Source of the DNA: an uncultured Chloroflexia bacterium
GTDB lineage: Bacteria; Chloroflexota; Chloroflexia; Thermomicrobiales; UBA6265
Direction of reading: 5' to 3'
Length of the DNA: 64,000 nucleotides
NCBI GenBank assembly: GCA_963724295.1
Contig: CAVRUC010000012.1
Location: 18,894 to 82,893, forward strand
This document shows, piece by piece, positions 10,472 through 19,457 of the stretch. The notes below the pieces were generated by a model. It did no database searches and had not been told where the DNA came from. It saw only the letters and a program-made list of their open reading frames with translations. Numbering within the stretch: position 1 is the first letter of the stretch; each line of letters opens with the position of its first letter. The position numbers and the translations under genes are program-made.

Positions 10472-11209
10472 ATGTTCCGATCGTCATCGTCGCACCGCCG
10501 GGTGCTCGCGTTCTTTTCATCGACAGTGGTCGCGGCTGGCGTCCTGGCCTCGGCCACGTCTGGCGCGGTTGCTCAGGAAAGCGCCACCCCGACCGCGATG
10601 GGTCTGGTCCAGACGGCGGCAGACCTTCCCGAATGCGCCCCTGCCGAGATCGGGGCGCTCCCTGAGGGAACGGACGCGGCGACGGTCTACGCGATCGTGC
10701 CCGAGGAGTCGACGGCGCGTTATCGGGTCCAGGAAGAGCTGGCGCAGGTCGGCGAGACTGAGGCCGTCGGCGAGACGCAGGCCATCATCGGGCAGTTTGG
10801 CTTCGGCGAGGACGGACTGCCCTTGCCCTGCTCCCGCTTCGACGTCGATCTACGGACGTTGCAGAGCGACCAGGCCCGGCGCGACAACTACCTCTATCAG
10901 AACACGCTCGAAGCGGAGAAGTACCCCCTGGCGACCTTCGTGCTGCGGGCAGTCGAGGGCATGGATGCGCCGCTGCAGGAGGGGCAAGAAACGACGCTGC
11001 GGCTGATCGGCGACCTCACCCTGCGTGACGTCACGAAGCTGGTTGCGTGGGAAGCCAGGGTGAGCCTCGTCGACGAAGCGTTGACCAGTACAGCGGCGAC
11101 GATGTTCGAGATGCCGGACTTCGGGATCGAGCCGCCGAGCGTGCCGGTGGTGCTCTCGCTGGACGAAACGATCCGGCTCGAAGTGGACCTGACGGCCCGG
11201 CCGGTGTAG
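10472..11209 (+). CDS. Secreted YceI-family protein
   Basis: Signal peptide; STARYRVQEEL, VDLRTLQSDQARRD, YPLATF, GDLTLRDVTK; SD aaggag. Confidence 0.88.
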   Translation: MFRSSSSHRRVLAFFSSTVVAAGVLASATSGAVAQESATPTAMGLVQTAADLPECAPAEIGALPEGTDAATVYAIVPEESTARYRVQEELAQVGETEAVGETQAIIGQFGFGEDGLPLPCSRFDVDLRTLQSDQARRDNYLYQNTLEAEKYPLATFVLRAVEGMDAPLQEGQETTLRLIGDLTLRDVTKLVAWEARVSLVDEALTSTAATMFEMPDFGIEPPSVPVVLSLDETIRLEVDLTARPV

Positions 11210-11263
11210 GGCGGAGGGGGTGCCGGCTTCGCCTCAGGGGTGCGCGCTGGGGGTGCGCAACCA

Positions 11264-11399
11264 GGGGGGCGGCCGCAAGCGGCCTGAGGGGGGAAAGGGG
11301 GAAGAGGAGCACGAGAGCGGTCTGATCCGTCGTCTGTCTCCCCCTCATCCCCCCTCGAGCGAAGCGACCCCCCTGCTCCCCCTCAGCGCAGCGCCCCCC
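11264..11399. repeat. Dispersed ~140-bp structured repeat, copy 1
   Basis: ggggggcggccgc..gcggcctgagggggg...ctcatcccc..gagcgaagcgacccccc..ccccctcag; matches the reverse complement of ~48668-48816. Confidence 0.7.
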
Positions 11400-11416
11400 T
11401 CTAACAGGAGGCCACA

Positions 11417-11614
11417 ATGGATGCTGAACAACGGCGGCGCAGGGCCCTGGTGATCGCGGTGATCGTGCTGGTGCCCTTGTTGATCCTGGCGGCATGGGGG
11501 CTGTCGCTGGCGGGCTCGGCGGGGGTCCTGCCGTGGCAGCCGGAGCCGACCCGCATCCCGATCACGCCTTTCGCCGACCTGCCGGGCGCAGTAACAGGCA
11601 CGCCTGTGCCGTAG
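11417..11614 (+). CDS. Small membrane protein of unknown function
   Basis: SD aggagg, basic N-terminus, long hydrophobic helix, LPWQPEPTRIP tail. Confidence 0.6.
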   Translation: MDAEQRRRRALVIAVIVLVPLLILAAWGLSLAGSAGVLPWQPEPTRIPITPFADLPGAVTGTPVP

Positions 11615-11773
11615 GCCCCGCGCGGCCCTCGAGGTGATGCCAGAACGTACAGATCACGTGCTTCCGCGGGCAACCACTCCACACTGGCGTCGACACCAAT
11701 CGCGCCATCCATCGATTATGCTTAACTCCCTGCTGCTCCTCAGCCAAGGTGCGCTGACAGGGAAGGACTCGCA

Positions 11774-12799
11774 GTGGACCCCGCGATCCCACTCGATCGG
11801 TATGGTCAGGTGCTCGCCGGCTATTTGAAGAGCCCGGGCGAGCAGGCGCTGTACGAAGCGTCCCTCGTCAGCCGGGACCTCGTGCATCACGGGGTCGGCC
11901 CTGAGGAAATCGTCGCGCTCCACATGGAGGCTCTTGACCAGACCCTCGACGGGTTCACTCCGCTGGAGCAAGCACGCTGCGTCGGACACGCCCACCAGTT
12001 CCTGCTGGAAGTGATGATCGTCTACGGGCTGACCTACCGCGAGTACCTCGAGATGAAGGTCCGCGAGCGCGACACGGTGGCGGCGCAGGCCGTGCAGGAG
12101 CGAACAGAGCTGCTGGCCACCGTCGCGCACGAGATGCGCACCCCGCTGACCGCGGCACTCGGCACCATCGACCTGGCTCGACGCGACCTCGTCAGCGGAC
12201 GGACCGACCGCGTCGTGCCGTGGCTGGGTACCGCTCGCGACGCGTTGCATCGCCTCTCACGCCTGACCGCCGATATCGCGCGGGCCAGTGTGGGTGAGCC
12301 TCCCGTGCTGGCGCCTGCCCCGCACGACCTGTGCGAAGTGGTCAGCGAAGCCTGCGCGTGGGCAGAGTCCGCCGTCGCGGAGAAGGGCCTCGTCCTCGTC
12401 CGCGACGATGCGCGGCCTTGCGTCTCAGTGGTCAGCGACGCCGATGCGCTGCTCAGCGTCTTTGGCAATCTCCTCGCCAATGCCATCCGCTACACGCCGG
12501 TCGGCGGTTCCATCACGGTGCGCTGTGGGGCAGATGATGGCGAGGCGTGGACGACGATCAGCGATACCGGGATCGGCATGGCTCCTGAGATCCAGGAGCG
12601 CATCTTCGAGAAGTTCTATCGGGCGCGGGAAGCGCGGGACGTCGAGGCGCAGGGTCTGGGACTCGGGCTCTCGCTGGTGCAGGAGCTGGTCCAGGCCCAC
12701 GGCGGACGTGTCGAGGTTCAGAGCGCGCCTGGCGAAGGCAGCACCTTCCGAGTCGTACTGCCACGGGGAGACGTCGTTGCTGGAGAGGAAAGTCCATGA
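11774..12799 (+). CDS. Histidine kinase with N-terminal RsbU_N-like (RsbT-binding) domain
   Basis: N-term YGQVLAGYL..EQALYEA..GPEEIVALH..FLLEVMIVYGLTY resembles RsbU_N; AHEMRTPL H-box, NLLANAIRY, DTGIG, GLGLGL. Confidence 0.85.
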   Translation: MDPAIPLDRYGQVLAGYLKSPGEQALYEASLVSRDLVHHGVGPEEIVALHMEALDQTLDGFTPLEQARCVGHAHQFLLEVMIVYGLTYREYLEMKVRERDTVAAQAVQERTELLATVAHEMRTPLTAALGTIDLARRDLVSGRTDRVVPWLGTARDALHRLSRLTADIARASVGEPPVLAPAPHDLCEVVSEACAWAESAVAEKGLVLVRDDARPCVSVVSDADALLSVFGNLLANAIRYTPVGGSITVRCGADDGEAWTTISDTGIGMAPEIQERIFEKFYRAREARDVEAQGLGLGLSLVQELVQAHGGRVEVQSAPGEGSTFRVVLPRGDVVAGEESP

Positions 12800-13296
12800 G
12801 TGCCACGGGGAGTGAAGCCGTCGGGCAATCCGCCCTCCAGGAGACCATCGCCCAGCAGCGGGCGACGATCAGCGAGCTGCAGACCCCTGTCATCCAGGTC
12901 TGGGAGGGGATTCTGACGCTGCCGATCGTCGGGACTGTTGACACAGCACGGGCTCAAGACATGACCGAGGCGCTCCTGGAGCGCATCGTCGCGACCGGAT
13001 CCGAGATCGTGCTGCTCGATATCACCGGCGTGCCGGTGGTTGATACGGCGGTGGCTCGTCACCTGTTGGAGACCGTCACTGCCGCTCGCCTCCTGGGAGC
13101 CGACGTCCTGATCGTCGGGCTCTCCTCGCGTACGGCGATGACGCTCGTCCAGCTCGGCATCGACCTCTCTCACGTCACGACGCGGGCGACACTGGCCAAG
13201 GGGTTGGAGTTTGCCTTCAGGCGGCTGGGATTGACGGTTGTCGCGCAGAACGGGAGCGCTCGGCGCACGGTCGATGCCGATGGCGCGACGCCCTAG
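12796..13296 (+). CDS. rsbR: RsbR-like STAS protein (stressosome), no N-terminal sensor domain
   Basis: ELQTPVIQVWEG, GTVDTARA and VPVVDTAVA phospho-Thr motifs. Confidence 0.85.
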   Translation: MSATGSEAVGQSALQETIAQQRATISELQTPVIQVWEGILTLPIVGTVDTARAQDMTEALLERIVATGSEIVLLDITGVPVVDTAVARHLLETVTAARLLGADVLIVGLSSRTAMTLVQLGIDLSHVTTRATLAKGLEFAFRRLGLTVVAQNGSARRTVDADGATP

Positions 13297-13667
13297 TGGC
13301 CCGCGTCCCGATCATTCGCCTCGGCGAGGTCCTCATCGCGACGGTTCAGGAAGAGCTCTACGATCACGACGCCCTGCAATTGCAGGAAGAGCTTGGTCAA
13401 CTGCTCGAACATGGAGCGGCGCGCGGCGTCCTGCTCGACCTCTCGACCGTGGCCACGGTCGACTCTTTCCTCGCTCGCCTCATCGGCGCCATCGCGGCGG
13501 CATCACGGCTGCTTGGAGCCGAGACGGTGGTGGTGGGACTCCAGCCAGCGGTGGCCATGACCCTGGTGGAGCTGGGGCTGACGCTACCCGGCGTCCGAAC
13601 GGCGCTCGACGCCGAAAAGGGCCTCGCTATCCTCGCGCACCTGGGCCCTGATGCTGGCCGCATCTGA
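13296..13667 (+). CDS. rsbS: RsbS-like STAS antagonist
   Basis: VPIIRLG, VDSF phospho-Ser motif, GLQPAVAMTLVELGL. Confidence 0.9.
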   Translation: MARVPIIRLGEVLIATVQEELYDHDALQLQEELGQLLEHGAARGVLLDLSTVATVDSFLARLIGAIAAASRLLGAETVVVGLQPAVAMTLVELGLTLPGVRTALDAEKGLAILAHLGPDAGRI

Positions 13668-14085
13668 GACGAGAAGCCCGCGTCAGTGGGCAGTGCGTGT
13701 CGCCGGAGAGGAGGGCATCGTGGCTGCCCGCCAGCAAGCACGCGAGACCGCGAAGGAGCTGGGGTTCGGGCTGGTCGATCAGAGCCGCATCGCCACGGCC
13801 GTCTCGGAGCTGACTCGCAATGTGGTGCGCTATGCGACCGGTGGCCAAGGCGAGGTGCTGATCCGCGAGCTGGAGCCGTCGGCGAAGGGCATTGGCATCG
13901 AGGTGATCGTCCGTGACGACGGCCCAGGAATTGCGAACGTCGAACAGGCCCTGCGCGAGGGGTTCAGCACCGGCGTTGGCTTGGGGATGGGTCTTCCTGG
14001 AACACGGCGGCTGATGGACGAGATGGCGATCGACTCCGCCCCCGGACAGGGTACGACGGTCTCGATTCGCAAGTGGCGGCGGTAG
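13651..14085 (+). CDS. rsbT: RsbT-like serine/threonine kinase
   Basis: IATAVSELTRN, DDGPGI, GFSTGVGLGMGLPG.RRLMDE, KW end. Confidence 0.9.
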   Translation: MLAASETRSPRQWAVRVAGEEGIVAARQQARETAKELGFGLVDQSRIATAVSELTRNVVRYATGGQGEVLIRELEPSAKGIGIEVIVRDDGPGIANVEQALREGFSTGVGLGMGLPGTRRLMDEMAIDSAPGQGTTVSIRKWRR

Positions 14086-14106
14086 GTGGCGTTTCAGCCA
14101 CCACGC

Positions 14107-14529
14107 ATGGAAAACGACCATTCTTGCCGGGGACGCATCGTAGCCGAGGTTGACGTCGAGCGGATCCGGCGTGAGGCACGGGCCCTTGCCACGTACGCCG
14201 GGTTCGACCGTCATGACGCGGAAGCGATCCTCCTTGCCGTTTCAGAGTTGGCGACCAACCTCGTGCGTTACGCACCTGGTGGAGAGCTGATTGTCTCGAT
14301 CGTGTCAGAAGCGAACGAGCTCGGCATCCTGATCGAATGCTCCGATACTGGGCCTGGAATCGTCGACGTCGAGCTGGCGCTCCGCGATGGCTATAGCACG
14401 AGCGGTGGGCTTGGGAGTGGGCTGCCGAGCGTGCGCCGCCTGATGGACGACTTCACGATCGCCACGAGCCCGTCAGGAACATCCATCGAGGCGCGCAAAT
14501 GGCTACCTTCCCCGTCGCCGTCGCGGTAG
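14107..14529 (+). CDS. Second RsbT-like HATPase (possibly the N-terminal domain of an HATPase-SpoIIE fusion)
   Basis: AVSELATNL, DTGPGI, GYSTSGGLGSGL..RRLMDD; start may be GTG 14086. Confidence 0.8.
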   Translation: MENDHSCRGRIVAEVDVERIRREARALATYAGFDRHDAEAILLAVSELATNLVRYAPGGELIVSIVSEANELGILIECSDTGPGIVDVELALRDGYSTSGGLGSGLPSVRRLMDDFTIATSPSGTSIEARKWLPSPSPSR

Positions 14530-15086
14530 CGGCTCGCCCGTATCCGGGTGAGACCGTCAGTGGCGATGCGTGGCAGGTCGATTGGCATGGATCGGTCTGC
14601 CGTATCGCCCTCGTCGACGGCCTGGGACACGGACCCCAGGCGGCGACTGCCGCGCTGGCCGCGGTCGCCGCTCTGGCGGCCGAGCCGGCGCTCAACCCGG
14701 TAGACGCCGTGCACCGCTGCCATGATGCCCTCGTGGACACCCGTGGCGCGGCGCTCCTGGTCGCATCTATCGATCTCTCCAGAGGTCAGCTCATCGTCGC
14801 CGGTGCTGGCAACGTCGAAGCGCGTCTCTGCCAGGACGGTGGGGTAAAGCACCTGATGACCGACCGCGGGATCGTCGGGTCGGTGCTGCCGCGGGTGCGC
14901 CCGGTAGAGATGGCGCTCGCACCTGGCTGGCTCTTGCTGATGCACACGGATGGCATCAAGCGACGCTTCGACGCGCAGCCGCTGCTCGCGACGACCCTGG
15001 ATGGAGACGGATTGGCGCAAGCAGTCCTGGCCGGGTGGGCACGCACGACGGACGATGCGACCGTGCTCGTGGCGCAGCCGAGCTAG
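14499..15086 (+). CDS. rsbX: RsbX-like PP2C/SpoIIE phosphatase
   Basis: PGETVSGD, VDGLGHG, TRGAA, HTDGI, DDATVLV. Confidence 0.85.
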   Translation: MATFPVAVAVAARPYPGETVSGDAWQVDWHGSVCRIALVDGLGHGPQAATAALAAVAALAAEPALNPVDAVHRCHDALVDTRGAALLVASIDLSRGQLIVAGAGNVEARLCQDGGVKHLMTDRGIVGSVLPRVRPVEMALAPGWLLLMHTDGIKRRFDAQPLLATTLDGDGLAQAVLAGWARTTDDATVLVAQPS

Positions 15087-15133
15087 GGTTAGCGTAGGGA
15101 AATGGTGATACCCGCGCCGCGGCAGCGGTGAAG

Positions 15134-15337
15134 CTAGCCGGGTGCTCCGGGGACGTCCTGGTCGCTGATGATCGAGAGGGAGCCATCCGGTGGCTCCTCG
15201 ATGAGCGACTCGAGATCTTCGAAGTCCTCCAGCCGCTCGATCTCCTCCGGGCTCAACCGGGGCGCCTGTCGCTCCGTCTCGGGCGCATCCGTGGCATCGC
15301 TAGCGGTGGATTGCGTCGGCATGTCTCGATCACTCAT
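15134..15337 (-). CDS. Small acidic hypothetical protein
   Basis: SD gggaggg, GC-type codon use. Confidence 0.5.
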   Translation of the reverse strand: MSDRDMPTQSTASDATDAPETERQAPRLSPEEIERLEDFEDLESLIEEPPDGSLSIISDQDVPGAPG

Positions 15338-15454
15338 GGCGCCCTCCCGGGTACGACCCTGCTCGCATCCTTGCTCTTGCCCTTGTACTTGCAGAATCGA
15401 TGCCGTAGCGACGCCTCTGTCTCTGGTCGTGGTGCGGAACGTCGTTGGCGACGG

Positions 15455-15766
15455 CTAAGCGAGCGGCTCATCGTCAGAGATACCGGTCGCGCGCTCGATC
15501 TCCGCGATTGGCGCGTCCGGGCCCAGGACGACCTCGCCGTTCCAGTCGAAGTCCGGATCCAGTTCTGCCCACGAGCTTGCGGAAACGCCGCCCTCGGGCT
15601 CCGCGATAACCGCCCCGTTGCGCTTCCCGATCGCGACGAGAGCGGCCCAGAGTCGCCGCGCGTCGAGAGCGTTGCCGGCGGCGATCTCATCCGGATCCTG
15701 GTCGGCGAGACTCTGCCACCAGGCGCGGAAGGTCGATGCCATGACCGTATGTCGATCGTCATGCAT
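15455..15766 (-). CDS. Hypothetical protein, paralog of 15811..16182
   Basis: TFRAWW..DPDEIAAGN..DPDFDWNGEV..IAEIERATGI shared with the neighbour. Confidence 0.65.
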   Translation of the reverse strand: MHDDRHTVMASTFRAWWQSLADQDPDEIAAGNALDARRLWAALVAIGKRNGAVIAEPEGGVSASSWAELDPDFDWNGEVVLGPDAPIAEIERATGISDDEPLA

Positions 15767-15810
15767 AGCGATCGCCCGCTCCCCGGTGTCCTTGGGCTTG
15801 CGGTTGCGAC

Positions 15811-16182
15811 TCAGTCTCGCTCGTCATCCTCGTGCTCGGCGATACCGGTCGCCGCTTCGATCTCGGCGACAAATCGATCGGGCCAGGCTGCGGCCTCCCC
15901 GCGGTCTGGCACGAGCTGGATCTCACCGCTCCAGTCAAACTCCGGTTCCATGACGTAGCGAAACATGAGATGCGCGTAGCTACTCGGTCCGCTGCTGTGG
16001 ATGACGATCGGGCGGATGGCCCCGCTGCGCACGCCAACGCCGGTCAATTCGTGCAACAGGATCACGGCGCTCCACTGGTTTCCGGGAGCGATTTCGTTCG
16101 GGTCGTGCGCGACAGTCTCTTCCAGCAGCTCGTACCACAGGCGGAAGGTTGCGGCTTTGACGTCAGGTCGTTGATCTGTCAC
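15811..16182 (-). CDS. Hypothetical protein, paralog of 15455..15766 (start uncertain)
   Basis: TFRLWY..DPNEIAPGN..EPEFDWSGEI..VAEIEAATGI. Confidence 0.65.
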   Translation of the reverse strand: MTDQRPDVKAATFRLWYELLEETVAHDPNEIAPGNQWSAVILLHELTGVGVRSGAIRPIVIHSSGPSSYAHLMFRYVMEPEFDWSGEIQLVPDRGEAAAWPDRFVAEIEAATGIAEHEDDERD

Positions 16183-16310
16183 ACGCACTACCGCACGTGC
16201 AAGCGCATGACACGGAGCATGGCGAAGACGCACCCGGCGTCACTGGCCCGTCTCCGTCTGGCCGCGAGGTCTTCCGTCACGTCCGCTGATCGGCGCCGGC
16301 GGGGTAGGGG

Positions 16311-16535
16311 CTAGGTCTCCTCGTACTCACACTTGATACCGGTCAGCCCTTCGATCAGACCAATCTGTTCCTGCGTGAGTCTATTCGTGGAATCGCCCGC
16401 TTCCTGCCGCTGCCGCTGCTCTGAGACCGCCTGCAACAATTGGAGGTCGCCCTCGGCGCCAAGTTGCTCGAGACCGCTCTTCCACTGCCGCATGGTTCCG
16501 ATGCTGATCGTCCTCGTCTGTCCGACATCGCTCAT
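16311..16535 (-). CDS. Small hypothetical protein
   Basis: SD aaaggtg; ends LIEGLTGI, echoing the IExxTGI ends of the two downstream genes. Confidence 0.5.
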   Translation of the reverse strand: MSDVGQTRTISIGTMRQWKSGLEQLGAEGDLQLLQAVSEQRQRQEAGDSTNRLTQEQIGLIEGLTGIKCEYEET

Positions 16536-16724
16536 AGGAGAGATCACCTTTCATGGGACGCCATCGAGACCGGCACGGACGCCGCAATAGTATCACCGCA
16601 GAAGTCGTGCCACATGCTGGCTCCGCTACAGTCGGCGTGCGCACGTATTCTGTGGCTCATCAGCGATTCGATTATCCCATCTCGCGGAAGCAGCGCGGCA
16701 CTCATAGCGTGCTCTTCAGGGGGC

Positions 16725-16755
16725 TTGACTCTGACGTAACGTCAGGCTCTATGCT
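16725..16755 (+). promoter_or_regulatory. MerR-type promoter with 19-bp spacer and dyad operator
   Basis: TTGACT-N19-TATGCT; the spacer contains CTGACGT-A-ACGTCAG. Confidence 0.85.
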
Positions 16756-16774
16756 GCTATCCAGGAGGTGAGGC

Positions 16775-17553
16775 GTGGGTCGCTACTACCGCGTCGGCGA
16801 GGTGGCCGCGCTGACGCACGTCTCGGTGCGGACGCTGCATCACTACGACCGAATCGGGCTGTTGCGTCCGGCGCTGTACTCCGCCGGGGGCTACCGGATG
16901 TACGGGGAAGCGGAGCTGCTGCGCTTGCAGCAGATCCTGACCCTGCGCTATCTGGGGTTTCCCCTGAGACGGATTGGCGAGTTGCTGGAACGGGCCGATT
17001 TCGATCTGGTCGCCTCGCTCCGCGTGCAGGGCCAGGCGCTGCACGACCGGATCGCGGAGCTGGAGCGCATCTCCGCCGCTATCGGCGAGCTGGTCGACCA
17101 GCGGCTGGCGACGGGTGAATGGGCCTGGCAGTTGATCATCGAGGCGTCGCGGGCGGTTGGCGCCGGTCTGACGCGAGGAGAGGACATGATGGATGCGTAT
17201 TACACACCGGAGCAGATGACGCGGTTCGAGGAGGCGCGTCAGGCGACGCCGGCGGAAGAGATCGACGCCGTCGAGCAGGGCTGGACCACGCTCCTGGCTG
17301 AGATTCGAGCCGCCCGCGCCGCCGATCTCGATCCAGCCAGCGCCGAGGCAAGGCATTGGCCGACCGCTGGGGTGAGCTCAATCAGCGGACGATGCGGCAC
17401 TTCCCTGACGAGCTGCGGGATGCCATCAAGGCCAATTACGAGCGAGGCGCGTTCGAGGGAAACGAGCGGGCGCCGCAAGCGGCGGACTTCACGTTCATCG
17501 AGCGCGTCGAGGCCGCCCGCGCCAGCACCAGCGGGAGCTCCGATTCGGAATAG
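16775..17553 (+). CDS. MerR-family regulator with TipAS-like C-terminal domain, split by a frameshift near 17350
   Basis: VSVRTLHHYDRIGLL HTH; YYTPEQ..W..L..E..DPAS.EA, continued by LADRW in ORF 17356; SD aggaggtg. Confidence 0.85.
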
Positions 17554-17607
17554 CGGCGGTGAGCGCCGCCTGACCGGGTTCAGTCGTCGCGGCGCGGTTG
17601 ACGCTAC

Positions 17608-17632
17608 GGAGGGAGGCGAACCGCCTCCCTCC
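17608..17632. terminator. Hairpin between convergent genes
   Basis: GGAGGGAGGCG-AAC-CGCCTCCCTCC. Confidence 0.6.
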
Positions 17633-17670
17633 ATGATTTTAGGCGTCGAACCAGACTGATCTATGCGGGA

Positions 17671-19224
17671 TCAGAGGGCGACCGGAATGCTTTGCGGGAA
17701 GCGGAACAGGTTGTCCGGGTCCCACGTCCGCTTGACTTCGACCAGCCGCGGAAAGTTCTCGCCATAGTAGGCGTGCGCCCAATCGGCTTGGGTGCGATCC
17801 GGGAAATTCTGGTAGGCGCCGCCAGAGAGATAGGGCTGCATCGCCGCGTGATAGCCCTCCAGCCAGTCGAGATTGTCGGCGATCAGCTTCGGATCATCCT
17901 CCGGCGCCCAGATCGCCTCGCACTTGAAGAGGAGATCGGCGTTGCGGTGGACAAACGCGGTGGCATCCGGGGTGACATCATTGACCTTTGCCCCCCAGCC
18001 ATAGAGGACGGTCGGGCCTTCCTGCTCCCGGGACGGCACGCCCGGCATCATCGTGATCCACTCCAGCATAGTCGTGATGCCTGCCGGCGCCATCGACCCT
18101 CGAACGAACCCGCTCTTGACCGCATAGGTGCCGAGCGGGGTGGTGGCGGACAGGAACTCGCGCCCGGCCCAGAAGCTCTTGCTCGCGACGGTTCGCGCAT
18201 CCGCGGCTTGAATTTGTTCGACCGGGGCCAGCAACGCCTCCAGCTCCGCGAGCGGTCCCCAAAAGAGCCCGACGGTGTCAACGTTCAGCGGAGCCGGCTG
18301 AGAGCTCGGCAGGCGTGATGGCGACCGCAGGTTGAGGCGGAGACCGAGCTCGAGCGGACCAGCAACCTGCATCCGCATGATGCCATCGACCAGCGCCGCG
18401 GTATCTCCACCCGACCACGAGAGGCTGAAGACCGAGACGTCTCGCACCGGAGCCACCTTGTAGGTGAACGAGGTGTGCACTCCGAAGTTGCCGCCACCAG
18501 CACCGCGCACCGCCCAGAAGAGATCAGGATGCTCCGTGGCCGACGCGGTGACGATCTCGCCGCCGGCGGTGACAACGTCGGTCGCGAGGAGGTTGTCGCA
18601 GGTCATCCCCAGATGCCGGCAGCTCATTCCCCAGCCGCCACCAAGTGTCAGCCCGGAGACTCCCACGGTCGGGCAGCGCCCGCCCGGGAAGTAGACGTCA
18701 TGCGGCTGGAGCCCCTCGCCGACGTCTGTGTTACTGGCGCCGCCGGCAACCGTCACCGTGCCCGCGGCTGGATCGACGCTGACTGTACGCATCCCTTTGA
18801 CGTCGATGACCAGTCCGTCGGAGGTGGAAAATCCGGCGTAGGAATGCCCACCCGAGCGTACGGCAAATGGCGCCCCAGTTTCGCGGGCCCACGTGACGCA
18901 GGTCGCCGCATCATCCGGCGAAACGCAGACGGCGATGCCGGCCGGACCGACACCCATATACCGGGCAGCGTTGATCACCGTCGCTGCCGGGTACATCCCA
19001 TCTCCGGGACGGAGAAGCCGGCCGCTGAGGCGATTGGCCAGATCGTCCCAGGCGACATCGCCAAGCGCGGCAGCCGGAGTCGCTTCGCCGGCGACAGCGG
19101 ATAAGCCGTTGAGCCAGGGGGAGGCAATGAGCCCCGCCGCGCCGATGCCGGTCGTGCGCAGCAGGGCGCGGCGGCTCACTCCCCGCTTCGGGATACGACC
19201 CGCTGAGGATGGACTTTCTGGCAT
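17671..19224 (-). CDS. Tat-exported FAD-linked oxidase (berberine-bridge-enzyme family)
   Basis: SRRALL Tat motif; VRSGGHSY, GRCPTVG, YQNFPD, DPDNLFRFPQSI. Confidence 0.9.
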   Translation of the reverse strand: MPESPSSAGRIPKRGVSRRALLRTTGIGAAGLIASPWLNGLSAVAGEATPAAALGDVAWDDLANRLSGRLLRPGDGMYPAATVINAARYMGVGPAGIAVCVSPDDAATCVTWARETGAPFAVRSGGHSYAGFSTSDGLVIDVKGMRTVSVDPAAGTVTVAGGASNTDVGEGLQPHDVYFPGGRCPTVGVSGLTLGGGWGMSCRHLGMTCDNLLATDVVTAGGEIVTASATEHPDLFWAVRGAGGGNFGVHTSFTYKVAPVRDVSVFSLSWSGGDTAALVDGIMRMQVAGPLELGLRLNLRSPSRLPSSQPAPLNVDTVGLFWGPLAELEALLAPVEQIQAADARTVASKSFWAGREFLSATTPLGTYAVKSGFVRGSMAPAGITTMLEWITMMPGVPSREQEGPTVLYGWGAKVNDVTPDATAFVHRNADLLFKCEAIWAPEDDPKLIADNLDWLEGYHAAMQPYLSGGAYQNFPDRTQADWAHAYYGENFPRLVEVKRTWDPDNLFRFPQSIPVAL

Positions 19225-19457
19225 GCGCTTCCTCTCTCCACCGCATGGAGCGGGTCGTCGAGTCCGGGATCGCTGGTTCGCGTGTGCCGCCATCCTAGCA
19301 AAGCGGCAATCGTGAGCAATCGCTATGCTGAGATGACCTCCTCAGGTGTGGAGAGGCAAGCCACCATGCTCCATGCCAGCCACATTCCCAGCCAGATCGT
19401 GGATTGATCGTCGGGCCATGGCGGCGTACACCCGAGGCGAGGTGCGACCGCCTATCC

